Positions 29,063-36,769 of a stretch of 37,668 bases of DNA are shown piece by piece. The first letter of the stretch is position 1. Each line of letters opens with the position of its first letter. The stretch comes from Candidatus Thorarchaeota archaeon. Lineage in GTDB: Archaea > Asgardarchaeota > Thorarchaeia > Thorarchaeales > Thorarchaeaceae. The position numbers were made by a program, and so were the translations under genes. The DNA is taken from NCBI GenBank assembly GCA_016839445.1, contig JAEOUG010000065.1:1-37668 (forward strand). The letters are read 5' to 3'. The notes below the pieces were generated by a model. It was not told the DNA's origin and searched no databases. It was given only the letters and a program-made list of their open reading frames with translations.

Positions 29063-29118
29063 GGTGATTACTCTCCTAGACTAGGTTCACTAGGTCACCG
29101 CGAAACGGCAGAGTTCGA

Positions 29119-29127
29119 CTTTTAAAG
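29119..29127. promoter_or_regulatory. Putative TATA element between divergent eS25 and HExxH genes
   Basis: CTTTTAAAG, near-palindromic, in the ~110-bp divergent gap. Confidence 0.45.
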
Positions 29128-29172
29128 ATGCTCATTGCTCTGTATCGTGAGAGCGATTAGCGAGCCAGAAAC

Positions 29173-29838
29173 ATGGTTTCCAACGAAGAATTGGCCGGCC
29201 TTGCACATAGGCTTGTCCAGGCCGCGTATCCTGAACTAGCGGAATCGGAATACAGAGTCAGGTACGGGAAGACCTCGGCCTTCGCGTCTGTGTCATGGGA
29301 GAATCTGCACGACGGAATCGACATCGTCTGCAATTCATCTGTGAAGAAGTGGCATGAGGCTGCTTTGCTTGGACTTCTTGCGCATGAGCTGAGCCACCCT
29401 GCCCAGAGAGAAGGAACCACATCAGAAGAGGGAACGGACTCAGATGTCCTTAGACGATGCCTCGGGCTGTACCTCGCAGTAGAACGACTCCTTGCAGGCA
29501 AATACGAGGATCACATTGTCAAGAGAGGCAAGGACAGATACATGGGGTACCGGACTATCCGTGCCAATCTCTCGCAGCCCGAGCTGGTTCAACTTGACCG
29601 CCTGCTTGCTGAGCTTCGATTGATTCCAAGAAAGGCAGCCGACAGAGAACGAGGAGTCCACGACATGGCCAGAAGGACACTGCCGGACAGAACCATCCTT
29701 CTCATCGACGGTCTTCAAGTAGAACTTGAGGGCATTAGCTCTTCTGCTCAGATTGAGGCAATCGAGGTTGAATCTACACTCGTCGTTACTGTTGATGGAA
29801 TTGAGTCTCTGAGGCTTGAGCGCACTGATTCGGACTAG
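29173..29838 (+). CDS. Hypothetical protein with HExxH zincin-like motif
   Basis: ALLGLLAHELSH followed by EEGTD (possible third ligand). Confidence 0.65.
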   Translation: MVSNEELAGLAHRLVQAAYPELAESEYRVRYGKTSAFASVSWENLHDGIDIVCNSSVKKWHEAALLGLLAHELSHPAQREGTTSEEGTDSDVLRRCLGLYLAVERLLAGKYEDHIVKRGKDRYMGYRTIRANLSQPELVQLDRLLAELRLIPRKAADRERGVHDMARRTLPDRTILLIDGLQVELEGISSSAQIEAIEVESTLVVTVDGIESLRLERTDSD

Positions 29839-31124
29839 TCCTTTCTCTTTGTGACTTTGACCTTCTGGACAGCAGTGACCTCGCTGTCCGGTGGGATATC
29901 TTCGTCAATGACGCAGCCTGCGGAGATCACAGTGTTTGAGCCAATCCGCGTAGCGGGGTAGATAGATGAGTTGACACCAATCACAACATCGTCTCCAACT
30001 ATGGCGCCGAATTTCCGTAGTGGTATCTGTATCTTCTCATCCTCACGTATGAGGTAGAGCGGTTCAGCTCCGGGTCGCCAATTCCATAGCTGAGCTCCTG
30101 CCTCAATGCAGGTGTCTGAGCCGATGATAGAGTCGGCAAGATAGGTCATTCTGCCAACGTTCACTCGCTCAAAGACCATGCAGTTCCGCATTTCCACAGC
30201 ATAGCCGATTCGAACTCCGTCACAGAGGCTGCTGTAGTCACGGACCAGTGAGTTGTTGCCGATGTAGACGCGTTTTCCAATGTACAACGGGCCTCTGAGA
30301 GTCACGTAGGGCCGGATGATGCTCCCCTCGTCGATGTACACAGATCCTTCAATCACCACACTAGGATGGACATCAGCAGACTCTGCGATGAAGCTGCCCT
30401 TACCACGTAGCAGCCGGTCCATGACTATCCGATTTGCGCTCAAGATGTCCCAGGGCCACGTGAACTCCGCCCACTCTTTCTCCCAGACGGCGGCCGAAAC
30501 CTTAGCTCCTCCCCCTATGAATTCTTCATACGCCTTCTCCATGCCCTTATGCTTCTCAAGAAGAGGCAGTATCTTGGTGCTGAAGACAGTCACACCAGCA
30601 ACTGCGTAGTTGCTGACATACCTCTCAGGACCGCCCTTCTCGACGAGCTTCTCGACAATCCCATTAGCACCCATACGAACGGTACCGTATTGCTCGGGGT
30701 TTGACACTAGAGTGACTAGCATCGCGACATCCGAGTCCATGGTTTTGTGATTGGCAAGAGTCCGGGCTACCATCTCGGGCTCCACAAGGACATCGCCATT
30801 CACCAGAAGGAATTCCTCTTCACCTTCGAGCTCGTCCTTCGCGCAGAGTATGGCATCCTCCGCACCCTTTTGCTCCATCTGAATGACATATCGAATTCGG
30901 ACATCTTGGTCCCCACCCATCTGGAAGTGATCCATGAGATCCTCTCTGCCATGGCCCACAACTATCACGATATCGTAGATGTCGTTCTCTTTGAGGCTGT
31001 CAATGATGTACTGCAGGACTGGCCGCCCTGCAATCATTAGCATGGACTTAGACCGAGCTGCCGTTAGAGGGCGGAGGCGTTTGCCCTCGCCTGCCGTTAG
31101 AACAAGCGCTTTCATTTCCGTCAC
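29835..31124 (-). CDS. Bifunctional sugar-1-phosphate nucleotidyltransferase/acetyltransferase (archaeal GlmU-like)
   Basis: ALVLTAGEGKRLRPLT, VNGD, LVEK, and C-terminal hexapeptide repeats (KFGAIVGDDVVIGVNSSIYPATRIG). Confidence 0.85.
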   Translation of the reverse strand: MTEMKALVLTAGEGKRLRPLTAARSKSMLMIAGRPVLQYIIDSLKENDIYDIVIVVGHGREDLMDHFQMGGDQDVRIRYVIQMEQKGAEDAILCAKDELEGEEEFLLVNGDVLVEPEMVARTLANHKTMDSDVAMLVTLVSNPEQYGTVRMGANGIVEKLVEKGGPERYVSNYAVAGVTVFSTKILPLLEKHKGMEKAYEEFIGGGAKVSAAVWEKEWAEFTWPWDILSANRIVMDRLLRGKGSFIAESADVHPSVVIEGSVYIDEGSIIRPYVTLRGPLYIGKRVYIGNNSLVRDYSSLCDGVRIGYAVEMRNCMVFERVNVGRMTYLADSIIGSDTCIEAGAQLWNWRPGAEPLYLIREDEKIQIPLRKFGAIVGDDVVIGVNSSIYPATRIGSNTVISAGCVIDEDIPPDSEVTAVQKVKVTKRKD

Positions 31125-31176
31125 GCAAGAACTAGACTATCACATGAGCAATAAAACTGTTGGCTGTGGAGGAGCG

Positions 31177-31914
31177 TCACTTGATGAGGTGAAAGTAGAT
31201 GCGTCTCTTTCCAGCCCCGACGTTCTTGGACTTGCCGATTGCCAGCTCGCCAATCTCACTTGTATTCTTCACATGTGTCCCCGCACACGACGCCGCATCG
31301 TAGTCCCCAATCAGAAGGACACGGAAGCTCGTTACAGAGGATGGTACCATCTCAAGATACCTTGTTGGGTAGCCCCTGGTCTTCAGGTACTCTATGGCCT
31401 CATTTCGTTCCATGAACTCGATGGAAACCTCGAGATTCTCAGCAAGCTTCTCATTCACGCCCGCTTCGACCTTGCGCTTCATCTCATCATCGAAGGACTC
31501 AAGCGGAGAGTAATCCGCACGGCTCTCCCCGGGCTTGATCATGTTTCCCACTGTTTCTATTCCATAGTGGATACTCAAGTATCGAGAGAGCACATGTTGG
31601 GCGGTATGGAATCTCATGCACTCGTATCTGTGGTCCCAATCAATGACTCCGTGCACTTCTGCTCCAACCTCGACTGCAGGACCACTATAGAAGTGACGGA
31701 CCTCACCATCTTCCTTCCTGACCTCTGTGATGCTCAGGTTTCTCTCCCCAAGTGAGATAGTCCCCGTATCGCTTGACTGACCCCCTCCCAGTGGGTAGAA
31801 TGCAGTCCGATCGAGCACAACATACCCTTCACCAGACGCAATGACCTTTGCATCGAATTCCCTCAGGTAGTTGTCCTTCATGTGCAGTAGCTCAGTCACG
31901 GGACACATCCCCAA
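31177..31914 (-). CDS. alaXM: Alanyl-tRNA editing protein AlaX-M
   Basis: TAFYPLGGGQSSDTG, HTAQH and CAGTH Zn ligands; probable start at GTG (VTELL) near 31899. Confidence 0.9.
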   Translation of the reverse strand: MGMCPVTELLHMKDNYLREFDAKVIASGEGYVVLDRTAFYPLGGGQSSDTGTISLGERNLSITEVRKEDGEVRHFYSGPAVEVGAEVHGVIDWDHRYECMRFHTAQHVLSRYLSIHYGIETVGNMIKPGESRADYSPLESFDDEMKRKVEAGVNEKLAENLEVSIEFMERNEAIEYLKTRGYPTRYLEMVPSSVTSFRVLLIGDYDAASCAGTHVKNTSEIGELAIGKSKNVGAGKRRIYFHLIK

Positions 31915-32424
31915 TCACGAGATCTTTCTCAGATTCTTCCATTCCTGCACAGCTAGGTTGCGGGCTTCCTCAAGATCCTTGGGGCCTAGGTCGAATTCGG
32001 GAGTCTCAGAAGCGGCATCAATGATGGCCCTGACATCCTCCTCGGTCTCTTCAGCCATCACCCCTTCTAGGATGGCACTAGCGATATCATCTGACACACC
32101 ACGATCTTTCAGGAACCGGGCCAAGGGTGTATATGACACGGGCACGTAGCCACTATCGGCGGCGGGCTCAAGCCCGAGGGCCTTCATCTTCGATTCAAAC
32201 ATGTTCGTGATGATCTGCTCACGCGTCTTGACGGGTGGAGCATCGGCCGGCTTCTCCTTGTCAATCTGAGCGATCATTCGCTTCATACGCTTCACTATGT
32301 TTGAGTCCCTAGGCCCTTGGGGCTTGACAGCCAAGCGAGCAATCAGGATAAGGCAGACAACTAGGACGACAAGAAGTATGAACATTGTGTCCGTTACGAG
32401 ATTGAGTATATCGATTGACTGCAT
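31915..32424 (-). CDS. Hypothetical single-pass membrane protein
   Basis: N-terminal TM (FILLVVLVVCLILIA) then a charged helical domain; abuts alaX. Confidence 0.7.
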   Translation of the reverse strand: MQSIDILNLVTDTMFILLVVLVVCLILIARLAVKPQGPRDSNIVKRMKRMIAQIDKEKPADAPPVKTREQIITNMFESKMKALGLEPAADSGYVPVSYTPLARFLKDRGVSDDIASAILEGVMAEETEEDVRAIIDAASETPEFDLGPKDLEEARNLAVQEWKNLRKIS

Positions 32425-32523
32425 TAGGAGCGCGCCCCGTGTACGTAGCCTCAGCGTACGTCAGTTTTCAACGCAACGTCAACTTTAAGGTTTGTCCTGA
32501 CAGGACTAGTCTACCCAAAGAGC

Positions 32524-33327
32524 GTGAGTTCCGTGACTGATGATAGACGAATCTTGGAAGAACTAGCGGCTGGCAAGATCACAATAGAAGAAGCAGAGAG
32601 GCGACTAAGACTTACATCAGTTGTGACGCTTGAGGGACTGGCAACACTAGATGCAAACCGTGATGCAAGAAGCGGAGTCCCGGAGGTCGTGATGGCGGAA
32701 ACGAAGACCTCGCAGGAAATCGAAAGAATAATCGCCAAGATGCTGGAGAGTCAAGGTTTCGCTCTTCTCACACGGATGGATGAACAGAAGCTCAAGCACA
32801 TCGAGTCATCCTTCAGAAGTACGAATGTTGTCCGATACGGACGTGAGCCACTGATGACAGTCCTCGTTCACAGTGAGGATTGGACTCCCAAGAAGACTGG
32901 TGCTAAGATTGCGCTTGTCACAGCAGGCACATCTGACATCCCTTATGCCGAAGAGGCGAAGGCAATTGCCTATGTGATGGGAGTGGATGCACTGGCATTC
33001 TATGATGTCGGCGTGGCAGGAATTCATAGACTCATTCAACCACTGAAGCAGATCTTGGAAAACGACGTGGAGGCCGTCGTCGTCTTCGCGGGGATGGAAG
33101 GAGCGCTCCCCACTGTAGTTGCTGCACTGGTGGATATTCCAGTCATCGGAGTTCCAGTCCCAGTTGGATATGGGCATGGTGGGGACGGCGAAACTGCGCT
33201 TGCGTCAATGCTGCAGTCATGTGCACCTGGACTCGCCGTTGTCAACATCGGCAACGGCTTTGGTGGCGGTGCAATGGCATCCATCATTGCGCTCCGAACA
33301 GCAAGAAACCGGCGTCGTCAAGACTAG
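32524..33327 (+). CDS. larB: LarB-family (NCAIR mutase/PurE-related) carboxylase
   Basis: RSGVPEVV, TAGTSDIPYAEEA, DVGVAGIHRL, AGMEGALP, VGYG, LQSCAPGLAVVNIGNGFGG. Confidence 0.9.
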   Translation: MSSVTDDRRILEELAAGKITIEEAERRLRLTSVVTLEGLATLDANRDARSGVPEVVMAETKTSQEIERIIAKMLESQGFALLTRMDEQKLKHIESSFRSTNVVRYGREPLMTVLVHSEDWTPKKTGAKIALVTAGTSDIPYAEEAKAIAYVMGVDALAFYDVGVAGIHRLIQPLKQILENDVEAVVVFAGMEGALPTVVAALVDIPVIGVPVPVGYGHGGDGETALASMLQSCAPGLAVVNIGNGFGGGAMASIIALRTARNRRRQD

Positions 33328-34451
33328 CCCGAGAAGTGGTCTGCGATTCTGCTGTATACTCCCACGGAGGAAAGGAGTTCATCGATCCGGATGAACTCGT
33401 CCGGCTGATGTGCTTGCTCAATAGAGCCGGGTCCGCATATGACATGAAGAATCCCAACCTTGGGCTGCAGCACTGAGCAGTCTGTCCCATAAGTGGCAGC
33501 ACCAAGATTCCGCCTCTCTCCTGTTGCCGATTCGACCGCATCCCAGGCTATATCCACAATCTCAGCTTCCGTGGGAGTACGCACCGCGGGCTTCCCGTGA
33601 ATGTACTCAACACGGGCACTATCGGCGAAGCCTTCTGCTTGAAGTCGTTGATTCATTATCTTCAGTATGCTCTCGGGAGTCTGGCCCTTCACGATTCTCA
33701 TGTCAAGGGTGGCCTCGCATCTATCAGGTACAACATTGACTTTGATGCCGCCGGAGATCTCTCCGATGCTCAAGGTAGGTGTTCCAAGAAGGGAATCCTC
33801 TTCGTGAGGATAGGGAACCCCTGTCAGGACTCTTATTGCATCCATGCAGATCTGTATGGCATTGACGCCTTCCTCAGGCCTAGAGCCATGTGCAGACTTG
33901 CCCTTGGCAGTCACTCTCGACCAGAACAGGCCCTTCTCACCAACGAGAACATTGAGACTAGTAGGTTCAGCGCAAACGCCGAACTTGATTCCTGTAAGCA
34001 AGCCGCTCTTGGCTACCTCTTCGGCTCCCGAGCAACCACTCTCTTCGTCCGATGTGGCTAGCATGACGAGCGGCTTCTCGTGCTTCGTCTCTGTGTACAG
34101 AATCAGGGTCTCGGCAAGAGCGGCAAGGGGACCCTTCATGTCGCAGGCTCCACGTCCATACAGGCGGCCATTGACAATCTCTGGCTCAAACGGTCGATAC
34201 GTCCAGTTCTCCAAAGGCCCGGCTGGGACTGTGTCCATATGCCCGTGAACGACAAGATCACCGACTTCTCCATCATGGCTTGAAAAGATGAGATTAGGCC
34301 GCTCTTTCGGCCCGACAGAAACGCAAGAGATGCCGTGAGACTCCAGATGGTCTCGTAGTACCTGAGCAACCTCCATCTCACGCCCAGGCGGATTCTCAGA
34401 CTTCGTGGAGATCAGTTCCTTGGTGAGCCTCAAGACCCTTGCTTCGTCCAA
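33324..34451 (-). CDS. M20 family metallopeptidase/deacylase (ArgE/DapE-like)
   Basis: HGHMDTVP, GRGACDMKG, SDEESG, AEPT, AHQPDE. Confidence 0.9.
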   Translation of the reverse strand: MDEARVLRLTKELISTKSENPPGREMEVAQVLRDHLESHGISCVSVGPKERPNLIFSSHDGEVGDLVVHGHMDTVPAGPLENWTYRPFEPEIVNGRLYGRGACDMKGPLAALAETLILYTETKHEKPLVMLATSDEESGCSGAEEVAKSGLLTGIKFGVCAEPTSLNVLVGEKGLFWSRVTAKGKSAHGSRPEEGVNAIQICMDAIRVLTGVPYPHEEDSLLGTPTLSIGEISGGIKVNVVPDRCEATLDMRIVKGQTPESILKIMNQRLQAEGFADSARVEYIHGKPAVRTPTEAEIVDIAWDAVESATGERRNLGAATYGTDCSVLQPKVGILHVICGPGSIEQAHQPDEFIRIDELLSSVGVYSRIADHFSG

Positions 34452-34612
34452 GTTTCCAACACACCTAGCTGGAGAATCAGAGCACCCTGCTATGAAGGTT
34501 CCTCAACGGCGGACATCATGCTCTCTAGGACTCGACATCAGCCCCCTGCTTCACTCCTTGTCACACAGCAGCGAAGACACAGGCTTATCTGCACTCTATG
34601 TTTCAGAGATTC

Positions 34613-34685
34613 TGCGAATCGATGACGCGGATTACCCCTGGCGGAGCTAACGCGATGAAGACCTAAGAGCAAGCTGAGATTCGCA
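34613..34685 (+). ncRNA. Candidate C/D-box guide sRNA
   Basis: Perfect 8-bp terminal inverted repeat TGCGAATC/GATTCGCA enclosing C-like (C)GATGA, D'-like CTAA, C'-like CGATGA and D box CTGA; the C boxes are degenerate. Confidence 0.35.
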
Positions 34686-34800
34686 CTAATGCTTCTGCGT
34701 GTAGAAGAAATCGGGTTGGGCTGAGGCCTGTGCCATCCGGGGCAGGGGTCACGGGGGAGAGAGATCTTAGGACACCCATTCGTGCGCATAGACGAATGCG

Positions 34801-34971
34801 CTAAAGCTCATCTCGTTCGAACACGAGTTCTTTCTTCTTCAGGATAACTCCAAACCTCTGCCCTGCGTCATCAACCAAGGAAACATCCTCATCTTGAAGG
34901 AAACTCCGGACCCTCTTCCTTAGGCTCCTTGAAGGGATATCTCCCATGCGAATGACGTAGGCCTCAGCCAT
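34801..34971 (-). CDS. Small hypothetical protein (56 aa), below the ORF-track cutoff
   Basis: MAEAYVIRMGDIPSRSLRKRVRSFLQDEDVSLVDDAGQRFGVILKKKELVFERDEL*; GGAG 9 nt upstream; TATAAATA at 35086-35079; hairpin CATTCGT/ACGAATG just after the stop. Confidence 0.6.
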   Translation of the reverse strand: MAEAYVIRMGDIPSRSLRKRVRSFLQDEDVSLVDDAGQRFGVILKKKELVFERDEL

Positions 34972-35078
34972 TGTAGGGAACTCCGACGGATGCTGTGATG
35001 ACGCGGCAGTCTAGAGGGATGCAAGACTACCTCTGAGGTGCAAACACCTCGTTGGCATGAGTGTAGAGACCTCCCAAC

Positions 35079-35086
35079 TATTTATA
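35079..35086 (-). promoter_or_regulatory. Putative TATA box
   Basis: Minus strand reads TATAAATA upstream of the 56-aa ORF. Confidence 0.5.
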
Positions 35087-35275
35087 GAGAAAGCAGAGAT
35101 AGGCGTCCCACAGAACGCCCCCAGAGAGCGGGAGAGCTAGGAAATCGACGCCCTTGATTCACGCAGACCCACAGAGAGCTCTGAGTAGACCGGGATATTG
35201 TGAATAGTGAGATATCTAGACATGAATACTTAACAAACGGCCACTGCCTTCTTGCGACACACAACATCCAGAGGG

Positions 35276-36769
35276 CTAGGGGTTGTAAGCGAATGGATGC
35301 CTTGCCGAGTCCTTTCTTGAGAGGATCTCCTCAGTCGACTGGCGTCCTTCGATGGCTCGCCTCAGAGCATGTCGTACTGCGATGAAGTTGTTGATGTGCA
35401 CACGCTTCGGGTTTGCCGCACTTGGGTGGACGAACACATTGACTGCAAGAATGAGATCACGAACGAGCTCTTCTGGTATGATTCGGTCTGTAATCGTTCG
35501 TCGCACTGCATCAACGACTGCTTTCTGAGCAACATCATACACCATTCTCCGATGGTCTTCCGATGTTATCGTCACAGTGGGAGCGAACACCGTTGTGAGT
35601 TCCAGGTCCTTGATTTTGGTCGATGAGTGGAAGTTCTCCGAGATCTTCCCTGCGTGCTTGACAGCTTCCTTCATTGGACCGTCCCGCAGGCCCATAACAA
35701 GATCAACGTGGGCAACCTCAGTTCCTCCGCCAAAGAGTGATTCACCATGAAGTAAGGTGAGGTCAGACACTGTATCTGGAACCTGCCCCACAGCTCTCGG
35801 ATAGTCCTCCGCGACAATCGAGCGATTGCCCATCCTGAATGTGACAGGCCCACGCTGGATCATTTGTAGGTCCTCCAGGCAAATGCGAATCTCATCAATG
35901 TCCCCGTAGCCGAGAGAGTCGCCCTCCTGGAGGGGCTTCCGAGCGTTGCCAACAGGAACTCCAAGCATGTTCAGAGCTGCCTTGACAGCCAGCCCGCCGC
36001 CACGATTGACGAAAATGCGAACGATTCTCTGGATGCTTCTCTGGGCGATGCGAGCCCCTTTGAGGTCACCCTCCTCCAGCAGAGTCATCATCCGAATGTA
36101 GCGATCCGGAAATACGTTTGCGCTAGCCAGAATAGCTCCATCGCAACCTGACGCCAAAGCTGGCAGAGCAACCTCGTCGTGTCCAACCACTACTTGGAAC
36201 TCGTCAGGCTTCCTCACAAGAATGGTCGTGAGATTGATCAAGTCGCCGCTCGAGTCCTTCATGCCTGCGATGCCATCAATCTCTCTGAGGCCATCCACGA
36301 GGGTCCAGTGAAGTGGAACCCCTGTGACCTGAGGAATGTTGTACAGGAATATGGGAATCTCTGAACTCCCTGCCACCTTCTCGAAGTGCTCATAGATCTC
36401 CTTCGCTGAGGGCTTCAGGAAGTAAGGGGTCACTACCAGTGCAGCAGAGGCACCTAGCTCGGCAGCTCTACGGGTCAGCTTGATGACGTCTCCCGTGTAT
36501 GCAGCGCCAGTGCCCGCCATGACAGGAACACGCCCCTTGGCTGCTTCGCAGGCAATCCTGATGGCCTCAACCTTCTCCTCGAAGCGCATGCTCGTGAACT
36601 CCCCGGTCGTGCCGCAAGGCACTATACCGGTGGCTCCCGCCTTGATAGTGTAGTCAATGAGATTACGATACTGCTTTTCGTTGACGCCGCCCTCAGTGAA
36701 AGGAGTAACGAGAGCAGGGTACACACCTTTGAATCTGAAATCACCGTCGTACACTGTCTTCACCCCCAC
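35276..36769 (-). CDS. DapA/NAL-family class I aldolase fused to formaldehyde-activating enzyme (Fae)-like domain
   Basis: GVYPALVTPF, GTTGEF, LYNIP, GMKDSSGD (Schiff-base Lys); C-terminus GESLFGGGTEVAHVDLVMG...VNVFVHPSA...ARHPF matches Fae. Likely start is GTG 36754. Confidence 0.85.
   Translation of the reverse strand: MGVKTVYDGDFRFKGVYPALVTPFTEGGVNEKQYRNLIDYTIKAGATGIVPCGTTGEFTSMRFEEKVEAIRIACEAAKGRVPVMAGTGAAYTGDVIKLTRRAAELGASAALVVTPYFLKPSAKEIYEHFEKVAGSSEIPIFLYNIPQVTGVPLHWTLVDGLREIDGIAGMKDSSGDLINLTTILVRKPDEFQVVVGHDEVALPALASGCDGAILASANVFPDRYIRMMTLLEEGDLKGARIAQRSIQRIVRIFVNRGGGLAVKAALNMLGVPVGNARKPLQEGDSLGYGDIDEIRICLEDLQMIQRGPVTFRMGNRSIVAEDYPRAVGQVPDTVSDLTLLHGESLFGGGTEVAHVDLVMGLRDGPMKEAVKHAGKISENFHSSTKIKDLELTTVFAPTVTITSEDHRRMVYDVAQKAVVDAVRRTITDRIIPEELVRDLILAVNVFVHPSAANPKRVHINNFIAVRHALRRAIEGRQSTEEILSRKDSARHPFAYNP

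Noticed and set aside
30979-31755. 258-aa plus-strand ORF
   Set aside because: Antisense to the well-supported alaX and GlmU-like genes; no motifs.
34995-35036. GTGATGA...CTGA on the plus strand as a second C/D sRNA
   Set aside because: Only 42 nt, poor internal boxes, no terminal stem, and G-U pairing favours a structure on the minus strand.
34971-35058. In-frame TAG between the uORF and the 56-aa ORF as pyrrolysine readthrough
   Set aside because: Same-frame placement has a one-in-three chance, the extension looks non-coding, the downstream ATG has its own GGAG, and no pyl genes are visible.
34452-35275. RNase P RNA, SRP RNA, tRNA or SECIS element in the long gap
   Set aside because: No GAGGAAAGTCC or SRP core motif, no cloverleaf with a T-loop, and no SECIS-type stem with apical AA.
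35276-36769. Plain dapA call
   Set aside because: The DHDPS Arg motif is absent and a Fae-like domain is fused, so the gene symbol is withheld.
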